Both the position numbers and the translations under genes were made by a program. The notes under the pieces are model-generated. The model was not told the origin of the DNA, did no database searches, and was given only the letters and a program-made list of their open reading frames with translations. A stretch of DNA of 29,517 bases, taken from a bacterium (GTDB lineage: Bacteria > UBP14 > UBA6098 > B30-G16). The stretch lies in NCBI GenBank assembly GCA_003645115.1, contig QNEG01000001.1, positions 1 through 29,517 of the forward strand, given 5' to 3'. Positions 26,357-29,517 of this stretch are shown in pieces (positions within the stretch are counted from its first letter, which is position 1; every line of letters begins with the position of its first letter).

Positions 26357-29278
26357 ATGAAAAGAGCAATATTTATTATATCACTATTAAGCATTGTATT
26401 ACTTGCACAGGATGGAATACAATTGGAGAGTGTTAGAGGTGCCGGGATGGGTGAAGCATCGGTAGCACTCGCCGGCGATGCATACACTTCGGCTAATAAT
26501 CCCGCTGGATTGTTCCAATCCAAGAGAATGCAATTGTGCACATCATATTCAAAATTTTTCGCTGGACTCGATGTCGGTTCTATCGCCGAGGGCAATTTTT
26601 TCTTTAATCCACTGCCCGGAAAGTATTTTGCATTCTCGTTGGCAGGTTCATATTTCTTTCAGGATATATTCTCACAAATGCACCTGGATTTATCGGTGGG
26701 AAGAAAATTGCTCCGATTTAAGGAGGGAAATGGTTTCCTCGCTATCGCACTAACTGGAAATATTTATCGTATCGGATATAATATAGATAATGCAGTATAT
26801 GACACACTTCTGGGCGATGACCCCAATGACCCTCTTTGGAACAATGGCACCGACAAAATCGCTTTCGGCGGTGGAGTCAGCGCATTCGCCAGAGTGAAAG
26901 ATGCTACATTCGGACTGAAATTTCTCAACCTCAATGAACCCAATATCGCCATATCTGATGACCCCGCTGGCGCATTACCTCGTAAAATGCGCGCTGGATT
27001 CTCCTATGAATACAGGGATTTTATACTGGGCGCACTGGATATCGAAATGCCACTTCGCTCACCCACTATTCAGGACCCGATGAAACTCGGTTTCGGCGTG
27101 GAGGGAAAACTGCTGGAAAATAAAATCTTACTTCGAACTGGATACAATATGGACATCGGCGAAGGTGGAAAAGGTTCATTCCATCTCGGCTGTGGATTTC
27201 GAAGTCTTACCAGTCATAACATCGGCTTCGATTACGCACTTATATTACCCAGTGGCGAGATTTCCGGACACCCTCACCATAAATTCGCATTGATTTATGG
27301 ATTTCCTATACCACCACCGAAAGAAGTCGATTTAATGGTATTTGCCGATAGTTTATCCACACAACCGAAAATCCTATGTCCGGACTCTGTTGGGACTATC
27401 CGAGCCGTAATCGCTAATTTGGGCAAGGACGATGCAAAAAAATTCTATACGCGTATCTTCTATATCGATGCGGACAGCAATTACGGCTTAATCGAAAAAA
27501 GAAAAATATCGAGTTTGCCCAGCGACGAAACGATGAATTTGGATATCGATTGGATTCCCCCCGAAAAAGGATATTACGATATCTATGTCTCTGTGGATGA
27601 TGTCTCTGACGATGGATTGACTCGTGAAGGTGTTTTACCTGATATAAACACAACCAATAATATCGCCAGTTTCAATGTGCCTGTATTTGCTCCGCCTTCT
27701 ATAGAAAAACCACCTCAATTACTCAAGAGTATGTTGAAATTGTCTGAGATAAATTATATTCGTGAGGAAGTTCCTATGGTGCCTTTTGTGTTTTTCGATA
27801 AGGCAGATACAATGATTTCGGACAGGTTCTTTGCACCGATGCAAGAGGTCAGCAAGAGATTACAAAAAAATCCCAATGCCGCATTGGTCCTTCGTGGTTA
27901 TGTTGACAACCCCAGCGAAGAAGGTGAATTTTCTGATTTAGAATGGCTTGCCAATGCGCGCGCTCGCTCGCTAAAAAGATATTTAATCGAACTGGGAATT
28001 CCCGAAAGACAAATAATAATCGAGGATGCATCGGAATATGATTACACTCAACCTCGAGCCGGAAAGAAAAATCGTCGTCGAACCAGTCAATACGAGGAAA
28101 TGATTGCCGAGGAAAATCGTCGAGTAGAAATCAGAACACAAATAATAGATTTCCCCGACTCTATATTGATATGCTGTGTAAATTATCGAATCGGGGAAAC
28201 AGAGATTCCACCGGAAGGAAAAATAGAAATAGAAAATTCGATGAGACTGACTAAAAATTTGCTGGAACAAAATCCAGATGTAATAATATTATTTCACGGA
28301 ATGAGCACACCCACCGATGGCGCAAAATGGGAGCGTGCATTCGCTCGCGCTGTCAATGTCAGAAATTATGCGGGACAATTAGTATCGCAGCGCACCGCTA
28401 ACAGAATGATGGTGTATGCATCGGCACCGGATACTGCCGATATGGTAGCAATAGTGATGAGCGGAGATGCGACAATTTTCCGACCTCGTGGTTCTGCTCG
28501 CGCCGCTCAAGGATTCCAGGTAGCGGCACGAGAAAAAAATGAAATTCAACTGGAGGGTTTAAAGGTGGATGCGGGAGTAGATTCATACTATATCGCTATA
28601 GTAGATGATATTATGAACGAATTCAAGTTGCTTGCTGCCGGACACGGTTTCCCACCATCTGATATTCCCTGGGATTGGCATGGAAACGATGGTGAACCAC
28701 CAGAACCGAACAAAAATTACTTTGCATATCTATATGTGAAAGATAATGTCGGTCAGATATTGGAAATAAAATCAGAACCTGTAAAAATGAAAATTACTCG
28801 TCAGGAGAAACGAGAGGAACTCATCCTGGTTAATTTCACATTCGGTGGAGCATTTCCGCAATCTCCTTATTTGGAGGGCAGAATGGAACGAATCGCATCG
28901 GATTTTATCCAGAAAGCCGTTCAGCGAAAGACTATATTTAAAGTAGTAGTGGGTGGACATACAGATATTATCGGCAGTCCGGAAGCGAACCAACGATTGA
29001 GTTTGCAGCGAGCAAAACGCGAGGAACGAAATCTTCGCGAATTGTTGATTACGATGTTAAAGCTCAGGGGCGATGCCGAATTGAATATGTGGCTTGCAGA
29101 CCATAATGTCTCTATCGATGTTAAAGGTTTTGGATATTCCAAACCGTATAAAGTTCGAGTCTGGGAAAGAGGTTATTTTAAAGACATATTAATCGGAGAT
29201 AATGATTATCCCGAGGGACGATTTGTAAATCGTAGAGTCGCTCTCGAATACGAAATAATAAAACACTATGAACGATGA
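26357..29278 (+). CDS. Outer-membrane beta-barrel (PorP/SprF- or PorV/UPF0164-like) fused to CARDB-like Ig, two degenerate OmpA-like domains, a FlgD-like Ig domain and a canonical C-terminal OmpA-like domain
   Basis: AGGAG SD; signal peptide; 'RGAGMGEASVALAGD...NNPAGL', 'GLKFLNLNEPN', barrel-type end 'HKFALIYGF' (aa 316); CARDB-like 'VIANLG...DINTTNN'; 'GHTDIIGSPEANQRLSLQRA...GFG...EGRFVNRRV'. Confidence 0.85.
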   Translation: MKRAIFIISLLSIVLLAQDGIQLESVRGAGMGEASVALAGDAYTSANNPAGLFQSKRMQLCTSYSKFFAGLDVGSIAEGNFFFNPLPGKYFAFSLAGSYFFQDIFSQMHLDLSVGRKLLRFKEGNGFLAIALTGNIYRIGYNIDNAVYDTLLGDDPNDPLWNNGTDKIAFGGGVSAFARVKDATFGLKFLNLNEPNIAISDDPAGALPRKMRAGFSYEYRDFILGALDIEMPLRSPTIQDPMKLGFGVEGKLLENKILLRTGYNMDIGEGGKGSFHLGCGFRSLTSHNIGFDYALILPSGEISGHPHHKFALIYGFPIPPPKEVDLMVFADSLSTQPKILCPDSVGTIRAVIANLGKDDAKKFYTRIFYIDADSNYGLIEKRKISSLPSDETMNLDIDWIPPEKGYYDIYVSVDDVSDDGLTREGVLPDINTTNNIASFNVPVFAPPSIEKPPQLLKSMLKLSEINYIREEVPMVPFVFFDKADTMISDRFFAPMQEVSKRLQKNPNAALVLRGYVDNPSEEGEFSDLEWLANARARSLKRYLIELGIPERQIIIEDASEYDYTQPRAGKKNRRRTSQYEEMIAEENRRVEIRTQIIDFPDSILICCVNYRIGETEIPPEGKIEIENSMRLTKNLLEQNPDVIILFHGMSTPTDGAKWERAFARAVNVRNYAGQLVSQRTANRMMVYASAPDTADMVAIVMSGDATIFRPRGSARAAQGFQVAAREKNEIQLEGLKVDAGVDSYYIAIVDDIMNEFKLLAAGHGFPPSDIPWDWHGNDGEPPEPNKNYFAYLYVKDNVGQILEIKSEPVKMKITRQEKREELILVNFTFGGAFPQSPYLEGRMERIASDFIQKAVQRKTIFKVVVGGHTDIIGSPEANQRLSLQRAKREERNLRELLITMLKLRGDAELNMWLADHNVSIDVKGFGYSKPYKVRVWERGYFKDILIGDNDYPEGRFVNRRVALEYEIIKHYER

Positions 29279-29517
29279 AAATAATCCTATATTACATCGT
29301 TGTTTTTATATTCTTAACCAGTGTTTTCGCTGGCAATGGGAATTTGATGTATTTTCCCAATGAACCAGTTATATATGGAAATTTCCGATATTATATGTCC
29401 GCTTCTTTCTCCAAGCCATTTTTGGGAATTGGTGATGAATTACACCTTGCCAGGGTGAAAATGTTCACTGGAAATATGAAATTCGGCTCAATTGGATTGG
29501 CTGTCGAGCACTCCGGA
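29275..29517 (+). CDS. Secreted protein, 3'-truncated by the window edge; probable second PorP/PorV-like barrel
   Basis: Not in the ORF track. The ATG at 29275 overlaps the upstream TGA (ATGA) and the frame stays open to the end: MKIILYYIVVFIFLTSVFA-GNGNLMYFPNEPVIYGNFRYYMSASFSKPFLGIGDELHLARVKMFTGNMKFGSIGLAVEHSG. Confidence 0.7.
   Translation, partial: MKIILYYIVVFIFLTSVFAGNGNLMYFPNEPVIYGNFRYYMSASFSKPFLGIGDELHLARVKMFTGNMKFGSIGLAVEHSG

Noticed and set aside
1-29517. ATCGAT/CGAT abundance as a HIP1-like iterated palindrome
   Set aside because: Largely explainable by frequent Ile-Asp and X-Asp dipeptides; it cannot be separated from protein composition without a codon-shuffled control.
1-29517. 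CRISPR arrays, tRNA or rRNA genes, transposases, integrases
   Set aside because: Intergenic gaps are short and show no spaced direct repeats or cloverleaf/rRNA signatures, and no ORF has recombinase or transposase motifs.

Overview
A 29.5-kb, all plus-strand cluster of large secreted or cell-surface proteins, interrupted by one housekeeping gene (murI). The organism is probably an FCB-superphylum bacterium outside typical Bacteroidota, because T9SS-type C-terminal domains co-occur with clear Shine-Dalgarno sites; the taxonomy is inference only. Contents in order: two paralogous modular proteins sharing a ~510-aa C-terminal platform, a DUF5683-like membrane protein, a small protein with a type A (Por/FlgD-like) CTD, an S8 serine protease with a type A CTD, murI, two giant Cys/Asp-rich repeat proteins (about 2970 and 1600 aa) with type B (gliding-motility/CHU_C-like) CTDs, a small lipoprotein, a PorP/SprF-PorV-like beta-barrel fused to CARDB and OmpA-like domains, and the start of a second probable barrel. 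The most promising system is a T9SS-like display module. One uncharacterised head domain occurs on 0, 5 or 10 strictly alternating A/B Ig-like repeat pairs whose cysteines covary, next to a single-chain 'PorP+PorE-like' barrel-peptidoglycan anchor. Also notable: near-total absence of GATC, GTAC and ACGT, about 80 D-(S/T)-X O-glycosylation sequons in the largest protein, and a candidate AUU start codon. All family assignments are motif recognition by eye and all counts are manual; no searches were run. No rRNA, tRNA, CRISPR array or transposase was seen.
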